Shown here: in pieces, positions 1-11,041 of the stretch
Position numbering within the stretch: the first letter of the stretch is position 1
How the letters are laid out: every line of letters begins with the position of its first letter
Assembly (NCBI GenBank): GCA_963772835.1
Contig: CAVYYZ010000008.1
Location: 224,001 to 288,000 of the forward strand
DNA from: an uncultured delta proteobacterium
Lineage (GTDB): Bacteria > Desulfobacterota > Desulfuromonadia > Geobacterales > Pseudopelobacteraceae
DNA length: 64,000 nt
Direction of reading: 5' to 3'
Program-made: the position numbers and the translations under genes
The notes under the pieces: model-generated
What the model saw: the letters and a program-made list of their open reading frames with translations, nothing else
Told to the model about the DNA's origin: nothing
Databases searched by the model: none

Positions 1-456
1 CTCCGCCAGCACCGTCCGTGCCTCATCCACGGGCAATCCAACGGCTGTGGCGATTCGCACCAGCTCATCAACCAGCGCGATGTTGACCCCCCCCACGAAA
101 AAGGCCCGGTAGACAGCATGGCGGAACTCATTTCCGCGTCCATGCTGCTCTGCCCATTTCCCCAGTTCCTGGGCAAGCCGGCTGTTGTAGGTGCGGCTTC
201 GTTCCGTCAGCGGTAGACCCTCTGCCGCTGCAACCTGCAGCAGTCGGGTTTGCATGTCGCGGATCATTGTCTCCCGTCCGGCAAAGAGTTCGGCAAGCTC
301 CATTCCTTCCGTCGGGGTGTCGGGGTGGAGCGGAAAGACGCTCCAGAGCAGTTGGATCCCGTATTCCTGTTGCAGACGTTCGGTACGCACGGTACCGAGG
401 TAGCACCAGGGTCAGATGTAATCGAAAAAAACCTCAACCACGGGTGTGCTGTTCAT
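1..456 (-). CDS. DsbA/FrnE-family thiol oxidoreductase, selenoprotein (UxxC); 3' end runs off the window
   Basis: ATG at 456 with GGAAGGAG RBS. Translates MNSTPVVEVFFDYI-TGA(414-412)-PWCYLGTVRTERLQQEYGIQLLWSVFPLHPDTP... and stays open to base 1. TGA replaces the first Cys of the FrnE DxxCPWC motif. Confidence 0.88.
380..398 (-). promoter_or_regulatory. Candidate bacterial SECIS hairpin for the DsbA-like selenoprotein
   Basis: Sense strand TCGGTAC-CGTGC-GTACCGA, a 7-bp stem starting 13 nt after the in-frame TGA. Confidence 0.65.
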
Positions 457-480
457 GGTGTTCTCCTTCCCAACAGCTTT

Positions 481-1155
481 TCAGAGCAGCTTCAGTACCG
501 CCTCTGCCGCCGATTCCGAGGAAGCGGGGTTCTGGCCGGTGATCAGGTTGCCGTCGCTGATGACATGGGACTGCCAGTCTGCCCCTTTAGAATACTTCCC
601 GCCAGCCTTGCGCAGTTCGTCCTCAACCAGGAACGGCACAATTTCAGTCAGACCGACCGCGGCCTCTTCGGTGTTTGAAAATCCGGTGACTCCTTTTCCC
701 TGCACCAGCGGAGTACCATCTGCAGCCCGGGCATGGCGCAACACCCCGGGGGCATGACAAACTGCGGCGACCGGTTTCCCCTGGGCATATATTGTCTCGA
801 TCAAGGCAATGGAATCCCTGTCCTCTGCCAAATCCCACAAAGGTCCATGGCCGCCGGGATAAAAGAGTGCGTCATATTCATTCGGTAACACGGTCTTCAA
901 CGGTACGGTATGCGCCAGAGCCGCCTGCGCTTCTGTGTCGTTGTTGAATCGCCTGGTGGCTGTTGTCTGGAAGTCATTTTCAGCACTCTTCGGGTCCAAC
1001 GGCGGTTGTCCCCCTTTGGGCGAAGCCAGGGTGATCGTGGCTCCCGCATCCTTGAAGACATAGTAGGGGGCGGCAAACTCCTCCAACCAGAAACCGGTCT
1101 TCCTGCCGGTATTGCCGAGCTGGTCGTGTGATGTCAGAATCATCAGTATCTTCAT
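481..1155 (-). CDS. DJ-1/PfpI (type 1 glutamine amidotransferase-like) family protein
   Basis: TGFWLEEFAAPYY, YPGGHGPLWDL, AVCHAP and ITGQNPAS motifs. Confidence 0.92.
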   Translation of the reverse strand: MKILMILTSHDQLGNTGRKTGFWLEEFAAPYYVFKDAGATITLASPKGGQPPLDPKSAENDFQTTATRRFNNDTEAQAALAHTVPLKTVLPNEYDALFYPGGHGPLWDLAEDRDSIALIETIYAQGKPVAAVCHAPGVLRHARAADGTPLVQGKGVTGFSNTEEAAVGLTEIVPFLVEDELRKAGGKYSKGADWQSHVISDGNLITGQNPASSESAAEAVLKLL

Positions 1156-1431
1156 GATTGTATCTCCTCGTGTGTGATGTATCCCGACGGCCCCGGCTCA
1201 TGCCTGTCGGTTGATTACATTGTACCTCATTTTTAGTGATGCACCAATCGGGATTAAAAAGGTGAGAGTATATATAATTAAAAACGGGACAATTGGCCGT
1301 CTATGCTATTTACATGCTTGTAATTTCCCAGCCAGCTGAGCAACAATAGGCAGCATGCTCATCCTTTTCTCCCATAACGACACAACCGCCCGCTGCACCG
1401 CCCGGAAAACGCCGGAAACGGTGGGCAGGAC

Positions 1432-2391
1432 ATGACGGTGCTCCCGTGGCAACCCGGAACCACGCCGCTGATGCTGGCACCGATGCAGGGGCTGACCAAC
1501 CGGGCATTGCGTGACTATTTCATCGAACATGCCCGCCCCGACGTCATCTTTACCGAATTCATGCGTGTCAATACCGCGCCGGCGGGAGCGGGGCTTACCG
1601 CTGCCGACCTGCGGGATGTCGCCACTGAGCAGGGGGGCGTGCCGCTGGTGGTGCAACTGGTGGGGCATGAGCGGGAAGCGCTGGTTCTGGGGGCCCTGGT
1701 CGCGCAGGAGGCCGGTGCGGCACATATCAACCTCAACATGGGGTGTCCCTATGGCAGGATGGGGGGTGGCCTGACCGGCGGGGGGATGCTCCGCCGTCCG
1801 GACAAGCTTGCGGAGATCATCCCCGCCCTGCGGGAGGCCATCGCCGGCTCCTTCTCCGTCAAGATCCGGGCCGGATACAGCGATCCTGAGCAGATACTGT
1901 CGCTGCTGCCGCTCTTCGAGTCGAGCGGGGTGGATTTCCTGGTGTTGCATCCCCGTACCGTGGTTCAGAAGTACAGCGGAGCTGCCGACCACGGGGTGAC
2001 CTCGCGGGTGGTGCGGGGTACGCGGCTGCCGGTGATTGCCAACGGCGATATCCGGAACGCTGCCGATGGCAGACGGGTGCTGAGTGAGACTGGCGCTGCC
2101 GGGTTGATGCTGGGGCGGGGGGCGATTGCCGATCCGGCGCTGTTCCGGCGCCTGCGGGGAGTGGTGAACCGAGAGCCCGGCCGGGAAGAGCGGAGAACGG
2201 AACTTGACTGCTATCTGCGGGAGATGCTGACCCGCTATGGTCAGCTCTCCTGCGATGACACGCAGGTGCTGAACAAGGTCAAGGAGATCATTGCGTACCT
2301 GGGTGACCCGGAACTGTCAAAACCGCTTAAGGAGCTGCTGCGGGCCAGAACCGTGCCGGCGTTCGAAGCTGCTCTGCACGGGCTGTGCTGA
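1432..2391 (+). CDS. tRNA-dihydrouridine synthase (Dus) family protein
   Basis: LAPMQG, NLNMGCP, SVKIRAG, LHPRT, IANGDI and MLGRG motifs. Confidence 0.9.
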   Translation: MTVLPWQPGTTPLMLAPMQGLTNRALRDYFIEHARPDVIFTEFMRVNTAPAGAGLTAADLRDVATEQGGVPLVVQLVGHEREALVLGALVAQEAGAAHINLNMGCPYGRMGGGLTGGGMLRRPDKLAEIIPALREAIAGSFSVKIRAGYSDPEQILSLLPLFESSGVDFLVLHPRTVVQKYSGAADHGVTSRVVRGTRLPVIANGDIRNAADGRRVLSETGAAGLMLGRGAIADPALFRRLRGVVNREPGREERRTELDCYLREMLTRYGQLSCDDTQVLNKVKEIIAYLGDPELSKPLKELLRARTVPAFEAALHGLC

Positions 2392-2478
2392 GCAGCGGAT
2401 TCCAGAGGCAGTATAAATACAGGGGCACGTTCCGCATTTTTATTGCCACTTTACCCCGTGTGCGCTAGCATTCCCACC

Positions 2479-2997
2479 ATGCCCCACGACTCACGACACA
2501 TTTACCGCCCCATCGGCATTCTGCACTCCCCCTATTCCCGCCGCATTGATGCACCGCATCAGAGTACGGTGGTGGAAGGCACTGAAAGCGGCGATTTTGC
2601 ACTGGCCACGTTGGAGCTTGAGGATTGGCTGGACGAGAAGGTTATTCAAGATCTGAATGGCTTCGACAGGCTGTGGCTCATATTTGCCTTTCATCTGAGT
2701 GAAGGCTGGAAAAGCTGCGTCAAGCCGCCCCGTGGCGGCCCGAAAAGGGGGGTTTTGGCCACCCGGTCCCCTCATCGTCCCAATTCCATCGGCCTGTCGG
2801 CGGTGGAATTGATACATATCGAAGGCAGGACGCTGCATCTGCGGGGTGTGGACCTCCTGGATGGCACACCTGTTCTGGATATTAAGCCGTATGTGCCCTA
2901 CGCGGACGCCTTTCCGGATGCCAGGGCCGGTTGGATTGACGAACTGGATGCACAACTGGGGCGTCAATCTGCTCCGGGACCTCGTAAGCCACGGTAA
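2479..2997 (+). CDS. trmO: tRNA m6t6A37 methyltransferase TrmO/TsaA
   Basis: GVLATRSPHRPNSIGLS and DLLDGTPVLDIKPY motifs; start placed at ATG 2479. Confidence 0.88.
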   Translation: MPHDSRHIYRPIGILHSPYSRRIDAPHQSTVVEGTESGDFALATLELEDWLDEKVIQDLNGFDRLWLIFAFHLSEGWKSCVKPPRGGPKRGVLATRSPHRPNSIGLSAVELIHIEGRTLHLRGVDLLDGTPVLDIKPYVPYADAFPDARAGWIDELDAQLGRQSAPGPRKPR

Positions 2998-3004
2998 TTG
3001 CGGC

Positions 3005-3181
3005 GTGGGGCGCACCGTTGTTCCGGGAGACTTCGGGCACAGAAACTGGCGCGAGGTGGTTGAGGCCACATATCACTGCAGTATGAAGTGGGCCACGTTC
3101 CTTTTGAGCCTTCGTGAGTATGTAGAAACAGGGGAAGGAAAACCCTCACCTCATGATCTGAAAATTGATAACTGGAATTAG
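3005..3181 (+). pseudogene. C-terminal remnant of an SRPBCC/AHSA1-like protein
   Basis: FGHRNWREVVEATYHCSMKWATFLLSLREYVETGEGKPSPHDLKIDNWN* resembles an SRPBCC C-terminus. There is no start codon or N-terminal half; that space is occupied by trmO. Confidence 0.65.
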
Positions 3182-3217
3182 GATCCGCCGGCCTGTTATA
3201 AACCTGGCGCATATAAA

Positions 3218-3252
3218 AAGAGGCCAGGGGACGCATACCCCCTGGCCTCTTA
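3218..3252. terminator. Intrinsic terminator hairpin between convergent genes
   Basis: AAGAGGCCAGGGG-acgcata-CCCCTGGCCTCTT with an A-run on the left (U-tail for the minus-strand lysA transcript). Confidence 0.75.
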
Positions 3253-3274
3253 CCATTTATAACCGATTGATCAA

Positions 3275-4594
3275 TTACAGTTTCACATCCAGCTCATTCT
3301 GGACAATCTGCTCACGCTCCTGCTTCTTTCTGATCAGAACCAGTTCGGAGTTGCGTGTTCTCATGACGGCCGGCGGCTTGCGGTGCGAATTGTAGTTTTC
3401 CGGCGACATACTCTCGGAATATGCTCCCGTGCCGCCGATGACGACATAGTCACCGATTTCCGGTTCGGCAATCAGTACCGGCACGATGTTGCCGTCATTG
3501 TCCAGTCGCACTGAATCGCCGCTTTCGCAGCAGCGCCCGACGATACCGAACGATTTCAGCCCGGTCGTGGGAGTGTTGTCATACTCGCTGGAGAGCAGCG
3601 TACCGTCCTGGCGTACTATGGCAATGGGGTGTTCGGAGCCGTACAGCAGAGGGCGCGTCAGCAGTTCCATGCCGCCGTCGACGATCAGGAAGTTCAGCTC
3701 GTTGGTCAGCTTCTTGTCGATGATCCGGGTGATGATATGGCCCGAGTTGGCCACCACATAGGTCCCCGGCTCGATCTCCATCTGCAGTTCGCGTCCGGTG
3801 GACTCCTTGAACTCCTTTACCCGCTGCGCGGCATAGGCTCCCAGTGATGCGATGTCGGCCTGTTTTTCCCCCGGCATCCGGGCGACCTTGAGCCCGCCGC
3901 CGAAGCTGACTGTGGTGGCATCCGGGAAATAGGTCTTTACAAAGCCCAGTTCACGGTCGATGTTCTGACGCCATTTTTCCGGGTCGCCCCCGGAACCGAT
4001 ATGGACATGAACCTGGGTAAAGCGCAGCCCCAGTTTGTCAGCCAGGGCCTTTACCGTGGGGACATTGTTCAAGTGTACGCCGAAGCAGGAATATTCGCTG
4101 CCGGTATCGCGGGTGGCGCTTTCGCCGCCGCCGGTGGCTCCCGGATGGACTCTCATGGACAGGTCAAGGTTGATGCTTTTGGCAAAGTCGGCAATCAGAT
4201 GAAACTGTGTCATGGAGCAGACGTTGTACTTCAGTCCAGCACGGATCATCTCCTCCAGTTCGGCGCGCTCTTCACCGGTCGGAACCTCCTGGGTCGTCAG
4301 CATCATCCGGGCATAGGGAACCCCGGCGGCAAAAGCACGGGCCGCTTCATTGATTGACGAACAATCCAGATCCAGTCCTTTATTGGTGACGACCCGCAGT
4401 ACGGTACGATCCGAGTTGGCTTTCATGGCGAATCGCACATGCAGGCCGTAGGCATTCGGCATGTTCAGCAGCTGTTCACAGCTGTTTTCAATGTATTCCT
4501 GATCATGCAGATATACCGGTGTTCCCCACTGCTGAGCAATTTTCGGGATGAGTGTTGCGTCCAGTCCGGTCGGACCAAAGTGTTTCATTGTCAT
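3275..4594 (-). CDS. lysA: Diaminopimelate decarboxylase (fold-type III PLP decarboxylase)
   Basis: GTPVY, FAMKAN (PLP lysine), HVHIGSG, IEPG, CCESGD and GAY...NYNS motifs; start MTMKHF at 4594. Confidence 0.8.
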   Translation of the reverse strand: MTMKHFGPTGLDATLIPKIAQQWGTPVYLHDQEYIENSCEQLLNMPNAYGLHVRFAMKANSDRTVLRVVTNKGLDLDCSSINEAARAFAAGVPYARMMLTTQEVPTGEERAELEEMIRAGLKYNVCSMTQFHLIADFAKSINLDLSMRVHPGATGGGESATRDTGSEYSCFGVHLNNVPTVKALADKLGLRFTQVHVHIGSGGDPEKWRQNIDRELGFVKTYFPDATTVSFGGGLKVARMPGEKQADIASLGAYAAQRVKEFKESTGRELQMEIEPGTYVVANSGHIITRIIDKKLTNELNFLIVDGGMELLTRPLLYGSEHPIAIVRQDGTLLSSEYDNTPTTGLKSFGIVGRCCESGDSVRLDNDGNIVPVLIAEPEIGDYVVIGGTGAYSESMSPENYNSHRKPPAVMRTRNSELVLIRKKQEREQIVQNELDVKL

Positions 4595-4784
4595 TCTTTC
4601 AACCTCACACATGTGATATAATCCCGCCTCCTCGGCTGCTCGCGAAAAGGGTTGAACAGCATAGCATTTCCGGTCGGTCCGGCGCAACATCTCTCTGGGC
4701 ATTTGTTGCACCGCATTCATGCGTTATGAAAAAACAGCCTGTCTCCGCTTTGTTTTTCTATTGAAAACAGTTTTCGCAGCAACT

Positions 4785-5087
4785 TCACGTGGTTTTCACT
4801 CCGGATATTGAGGCAAGCAGCTTCTTTCCCTCTTCTGTGAACGTCCACCACGGAAGAGCCTCTCCACGTTCAAAAAAATGCTGTACCGACATCAGGACAT
4901 AGAGAACACAAGGATCATGACGACGCCCCATAACGCGACCTAATTCGATATATGTCGCAAGCGGGTTCTTCCCCGCAAGCTGATGCGGGGAAAGAATGCC
5001 GATAGATCGAAGATCCGACGCAATTGATTTCCCGACATTCGGAAGTCCTTCAAGTTTTGCGGTGTGATTCTGTCCGGCATTGCGCAC
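4785..5087 (-). CDS. Helix-hairpin-helix protein (Cdd1 / mitomycin-resistance-like)
   Basis: LPNVGKSIASDL...HDPCVL...PWW pattern; probable GTG start at 5087. Confidence 0.7.
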   Translation of the reverse strand: MRNAGQNHTAKLEGLPNVGKSIASDLRSIGILSPHQLAGKNPLATYIELGRVMGRRHDPCVLYVLMSVQHFFERGEALPWWTFTEEGKKLLASISGVKTT

Positions 5088-5204
5088 ATTCCCACCCCGA
5101 TCCGGCAGAGGCATTAATGCCGACCGGTGCTTTTTGAGACGTTCCAATCGCAACATGTTTCCTTTTTGACAGCAATCACCGTTCCTGCTGCACGGACGTT
5201 TCCG

Positions 5205-5612
5205 TTACGGAGCTACAGCGAACCAGACGTTATTAACCCCTTGTCCCGCTGTATCTCCGGCATGTGTATCCTTGAAGAAGTAATAAAGCGGCAGTCCTTT
5301 ATATGTCGTCTGCCTGTTGCCATCCTCCCTGGTAATTGTCCCGAAGTCTGCAGCATGTACCCCCTCGGGAACGGTCACGTTTTCGACAGTGAAGATCGGC
5401 CATTTTTCAACACAGGGACCGGCGCACACACTGACACCGGAAGTATCCTTTTTGAAGAGGTACAGTGTCATCCCCTTTTCATCGGTCAGGTAATTTCCGA
5501 TTCCATCCTTGGTCCTTATTTCGACGGCCGCAGCCGTTGCCAGAGTTGAAAACAGAAGAACAGAAGCCACACCAGCACACGTCCACCGGAATATTTTTTT
5601 TATCGTTCTCAT
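5205..5612 (-). CDS. Secreted repeat protein (COG4315 / Lipoprotein_15 type)
   Basis: Signal peptide; GMTLYLF.KD, CAGPCVEKWP and QTTYKGLPLYYF..D...GD..GQG...VWF repeats. Confidence 0.82.
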   Translation of the reverse strand: MRTIKKIFRWTCAGVASVLLFSTLATAAAVEIRTKDGIGNYLTDEKGMTLYLFKKDTSGVSVCAGPCVEKWPIFTVENVTVPEGVHAADFGTITREDGNRQTTYKGLPLYYFFKDTHAGDTAGQGVNNVWFAVAP

Positions 5613-5893
5613 GATCATACCCTCCTGCATTCGTTCGTTGATGGTCTGATTGTATTCTCTTCGAAGAACAGGAGTCAATTACAAAATGGACCAAAACAGT
5701 CCTGTTTGGGCGGTGAAAGTTACTCGAATAATTACGTGTACTTGAGTTCAGCACCATGTGCCAGGGCGACACATTTTCCGTAAGGCTTGCAATTGATATG
5801 ATACGGAAACACGCATTTTATTTAAAAGGCGGCCGATAGGCCGCCTTTACAGTTTTTATCTGGTGATATTTTGCCGGTTTTACCAACTGCAAA

Positions 5894-5985
5894 TCAGCGG
5901 TCATTCAGTCGCACCATGGTACTCTCCCATAACGGCGGGCGCCCCGAACAACCGCTTGTAGTCGCGGTTGACGGGGGAGGGCACC
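5894..5985 (-). pseudogene. Relic of the C-terminus of an AraC-family regulator
   Basis: 5969-5937 encodes NRDYKRLFGAP, the end of the second AraC HTH (FxRxYxRLFGxPP); flanks are degenerate. Confidence 0.55.
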
Positions 5986-6092
5986 CGGTGTGTCGACTGT
6001 TGACAGAATCGGTTATTCAGCAGCATCTGAAGATTTACCTGCTTTTAGGGACTGATTCCACTGTTGTTTCTTCGCATGTTATGGATGCATCA

Positions 6093-6464
6093 TTACCAGG
6101 TCTGGGTGGCGGACTCGATAGTGACGGCGATTGTGGCGCGCAGCCAATCGAATTTTGCCTTAAGAACATCGAAATCCGGGCCGGAGGTTATAAACGCGGC
6201 CTTTCCTTTAATCAGAAAACCGGCGCCCGGTCCATACAGTCCTTTGACCTTGCTGCTCCCCAGAGTTATCAGTACGGCCGGGTTGAAGGCAATGTTCGCC
6301 TCGGTATGATTCATGTAACCTGCGGGAATCAGCAGACGACCATCTTCAGTGGTTCGCAGATAACTGTTCCAGGTATTGACCATATGCGGTCCATCCTCCC
6401 CCACTGTTGCAATTGCGACCACTCCATCCTGTTTCATTATTTCCTGTAATTTTTCCGGAATCAT
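6093..6464 (-). CDS. FMN-binding split-barrel protein (pyridoxamine 5'-phosphate oxidase-like)
   Basis: GVVAIATVGEDGPHMVNTWNSY...TEAN...LGSSKV.G..GPGAGFLI.G resembles the Desulfovibrio FMN-binding protein. Confidence 0.85.
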   Translation of the reverse strand: MIPEKLQEIMKQDGVVAIATVGEDGPHMVNTWNSYLRTTEDGRLLIPAGYMNHTEANIAFNPAVLITLGSSKVKGLYGPGAGFLIKGKAAFITSGPDFDVLKAKFDWLRATIAVTIESATQTW

Positions 6465-6640
6465 TGTGCGTACCTCCTGTGATTTATGGTGTTACTTTGC
6501 TTGATATGTGTACAACTGTCACTATTGATTATCCATATGTCATACGTACAGCTGGGGGCAGATTCCCTTTGACGTCACTTCGACGGTTGATATAAACTTC
6601 TTTCCACCTGAAATAATATGCCACGATGGCGGAGAGCACC

Positions 6641-8068
6641 ATGTTTATCCTGAATAATAACGATCCTGTCCCGTTATATAAACAGCTTTATATTCAGATC
6701 AGGGCGTACATCCTGTCTGGAAAGCTGCCCGCTGATTCCCGGCTGCCTTCTGTCAGGGATCTGGCAGCAGAACTTTCTGCCAGTCGCAACACAGTTGATG
6801 GAGCTTACCAGGAGCTGTACGCAGAAGGATACCTCTACAGTAAGCCGCGCAGCGGGTATTTCGTGTCTGCGCTTGACCAGGATGTCCCTCCACGATATCT
6901 ACCCGGTAAACCCGGCAGACTCGATTATCTCCCCGGTCCTCCTGCTGTCTTTCCCTATGATTTCCATCCTGCCCGCCTCGATCCAGGGAGTTTTCCTGTG
7001 GAGCTCTGGCGGAAATGTTTCGTTGAAAGCCTGCGCAGAAACGGTCAGCAGCTTGTCCAGTATGGTGATTCCCAAGGGGACTGGGGATTGCGCTGCTCTA
7101 TTCAGCATTATCTGGAACGATCACGCGGCGTACTCTGCGATCCTGAGCAGATTATCATCAGCTCCGGGCTTCAGCAGGGTCTGGACATTACCGCACAATT
7201 GCTGAAGGAGAGCCATTCAGTGGTAGCGGTTGAGAATCCCGGATACCACTTGCCACGTTCTGTTTTCCATAACCATTCATACACCATCTTTCCTGTTCCC
7301 GTCGGTCCGGGAGGGATGGACCTGAATCTGCTCAGGGCCAGTAACAGTACGATTGCCTATGTCACTCCTTCACACCAGCTGCCATTGGGGGCCGTGATGC
7401 CGGTCGCTAACCGGCTTGCATTGATTGACTGGGCTGAATCGGGCGACAGATATATTATAGAAGACGATTATGACAGCGAACTTCGCTACCATGGGAAACC
7501 TATCCCTTCGTTACAAGGGCTGCGTCCGACCGGAAATATTATCTATTCAGGTACGTTTTCTAAAATTCTCTCTCCGGCACTCCGTTTGAGCTATCTGGTG
7601 CTCCCCTACTCATTGCTTGCAGTGTACCGCCGCCTGTTCCGGGAATATTTTTCCTCCGTGTCGCTGCTTGAACAGAGAACCATGGTACATTTCATGGAAC
7701 AGGGACACTGGGAGCGTCATATACGGCGGATGCGCATGGTCTACAAAAAGAAGCACGATACCCTGCTCCGGTCGCTTGAAAATCACTTTGGCACACGGGC
7801 TGTTGTTATCGGTCAGGGAGCCGGTCTCCATGTTGTTCTGCAGCTGACTGACACGCCGTACAGCGAATCGGAGATCATTGATCTGGCCCGGCAAAAAGGA
7901 GTTCAGCTGTTTCCGTTTTCTGATTTTCATGTCTCCGGCCAACCGGAAGCCACGACATTGCTGCTCGGCTTCGGCGGGATGAATGACAACGAGATTGAGC
8001 ACGGTATCGCAATACTCTCTCAACTCTGCTTGAGTAAGCCGCTTTCAGCTCGGGTACGTCGAACATAA
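6641..8068 (+). CDS. MocR/GabR-family PLP-dependent transcriptional regulator
   Basis: GntR wHTH (LPSVRDLA...SRNTV..AY..L..EGY) fused to an aminotransferase domain (YVTPSHQ, IIEDDYDSELRY, GTFSK). Confidence 0.93.
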   Translation: MFILNNNDPVPLYKQLYIQIRAYILSGKLPADSRLPSVRDLAAELSASRNTVDGAYQELYAEGYLYSKPRSGYFVSALDQDVPPRYLPGKPGRLDYLPGPPAVFPYDFHPARLDPGSFPVELWRKCFVESLRRNGQQLVQYGDSQGDWGLRCSIQHYLERSRGVLCDPEQIIISSGLQQGLDITAQLLKESHSVVAVENPGYHLPRSVFHNHSYTIFPVPVGPGGMDLNLLRASNSTIAYVTPSHQLPLGAVMPVANRLALIDWAESGDRYIIEDDYDSELRYHGKPIPSLQGLRPTGNIIYSGTFSKILSPALRLSYLVLPYSLLAVYRRLFREYFSSVSLLEQRTMVHFMEQGHWERHIRRMRMVYKKKHDTLLRSLENHFGTRAVVIGQGAGLHVVLQLTDTPYSESEIIDLARQKGVQLFPFSDFHVSGQPEATTLLLGFGGMNDNEIEHGIAILSQLCLSKPLSARVRRT

Positions 8069-8361
8069 TCAATAATTGACCCTGTCGGTAGGTGCAATAC
8101 CGAATATTTTTATAGGTGCAGATTTGAAAAATTACCGGCCAGGGCTTAATAGGGGACAGGCTGCTTTTCGGGATTACCAGGGAACATGACTGCCTCCCTC
8201 TGGTGTATCCCGCGATTACCCGTATGACAGCGGTGTTATAAACTGTACGAATGTGCAGTAAAGGTCTAGAGTGAAGATGTAGCCCGCCGCTAAATTAATC
8301 GGCATTACGTTAAGGACGCCTCTATCCGGCTCTACCTCTCCTTATCCCAAGGAGATTACAC

Positions 8362-9618
8362 GTGCCGTCTTCACTGTACCCCATTCCACAATTATCTCTC
8401 AATGAAATCAATCAACTACGTCTGATCGAATCCAATCGCCGTGAGTATGGTCTCCAGTACAACCTCTTGACCTTTGCCGACAGTGAGCGGCTGGCGGCAG
8501 CGAACGCAGAGCGCCGGGAACTGCTGCAGTGGCTTGCCCGGCACGCCGCTTTCGGGTATGCCGGGACCAAGGTGGATTGCAACGGTCTCTCCCCCGGCTG
8601 CAGGCACTGCGGCGATGGCGGCTGGTCCTGTCTGTTTGTCAACGGTCGCTGTAACGGGCAATGCTTTTACTGCCCCACGTCACAGGATGATGGAGGGCCT
8701 CCGGTTACCAATGGTCTGGTTTTTACCGATCCGGACGACTATGCCGATTATGTGGCCACCCTCGGTTTCAGTGGTGTCAGCATCAGCGGCGGCGAGCCGC
8801 TCCTGACTCCTGATCTTTCTCTCTCCTTCCTGCGGGCAGTGCGCAAACGGTGCGGAAACAACGTCCATCTCTGGCTTTACACCAACGGCACCATGCTTAC
8901 TGCCGATCTTTGCAGCAAACTGAAAGATGCAGGCCTGGACGAGATCCGCTTCGACCTGGGGGCGGTCCGCTACAATCTTAAAAAGCTGCGGCTTGCGATC
9001 GGCCGCATCCCGACGGTGACAGTGGAGATCCCGGCGGTGCCGGAGGATGAGGAACTGTTGAAGCTGAAGATGGTTGAAATGGCCGAGGCCGGAGTCAAAC
9101 ACCTCAACCTGCACCAGATGCGGCTGACACCGCACAACTTCGGCCCCTTGACGGCGAGAGGCTATACCTTTCTTCATGGCGAGAAGGTGACGCTGCTGGA
9201 TTCGGAATTGTGTGCCTTACGGATGGTTCGTTTCGGTCTTGAACAGGATATTCCACTGCCGGTGAACTACTGCTCTTTTACCTACAAACGGCGCTTTCAG
9301 CTTGCGGCCTCACGGCGACGTGCGGCTTTGAAAATCTGCGGCTCCGGCGAGACCGTGACCGAGCCAGGCTTTCTGCGGACTCTTTCCACAACCGGTGTCG
9401 GTTACAGCGAAACGGCTCTCATGCAAAGCCCCAGCTATCGTGCCCCTTTTGACAAAATCGTACTGGCAAGCGGACGCTCACTGTATCTTGAACGACGACA
9501 GCTGCCACTTGAACCGGAGCTGTCACGTGCCGAACTGGCCGCCCTGGAGGCAGGCGATCCGCCGGACAGGTTGGCCTGTTATGAGCGGATTGAGAGCGGA
9601 TTGGCCGAGTATTTTTAA
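8362..9618 (+). CDS. Radical SAM protein (COG2108-like)
   Basis: LSPGCRHC, CNGQCFYC (CxxxCxxC), SGGEP, LYTNG, AGLDEIRF and VEIP motifs; GTG start after AGGAG. Confidence 0.85.
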   Translation: MPSSLYPIPQLSLNEINQLRLIESNRREYGLQYNLLTFADSERLAAANAERRELLQWLARHAAFGYAGTKVDCNGLSPGCRHCGDGGWSCLFVNGRCNGQCFYCPTSQDDGGPPVTNGLVFTDPDDYADYVATLGFSGVSISGGEPLLTPDLSLSFLRAVRKRCGNNVHLWLYTNGTMLTADLCSKLKDAGLDEIRFDLGAVRYNLKKLRLAIGRIPTVTVEIPAVPEDEELLKLKMVEMAEAGVKHLNLHQMRLTPHNFGPLTARGYTFLHGEKVTLLDSELCALRMVRFGLEQDIPLPVNYCSFTYKRRFQLAASRRRAALKICGSGETVTEPGFLRTLSTTGVGYSETALMQSPSYRAPFDKIVLASGRSLYLERRQLPLEPELSRAELAALEAGDPPDRLACYERIESGLAEYF

Positions 9619-9690
9619 CAGTGCAGAGAAGAATCCCGGGATGCTTTCGTAATTAATATAGGTGGAAGCCCGGCCGCACCCAGTCCACTC

Positions 9691-11041
<1,351 letters not shown>

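Noticed and set aside
2389..2478. The dus stop (GLC-TGA) is in frame with trmO with no intervening stop, suggesting a readthrough fusion of two tRNA-modifying enzymes
   Set aside because: No SECIS-like hairpin at the right distance, Dus is already full length, and a short open spacer is likely by chance
4595..4780. Possible lysine riboswitch upstream of lysA (hairpin GGTGCAACA/TGTTGCGCC on the minus strand)
   Set aside because: L-box hallmark segments and a terminator are not recognisable; an Rfam scan would settle it
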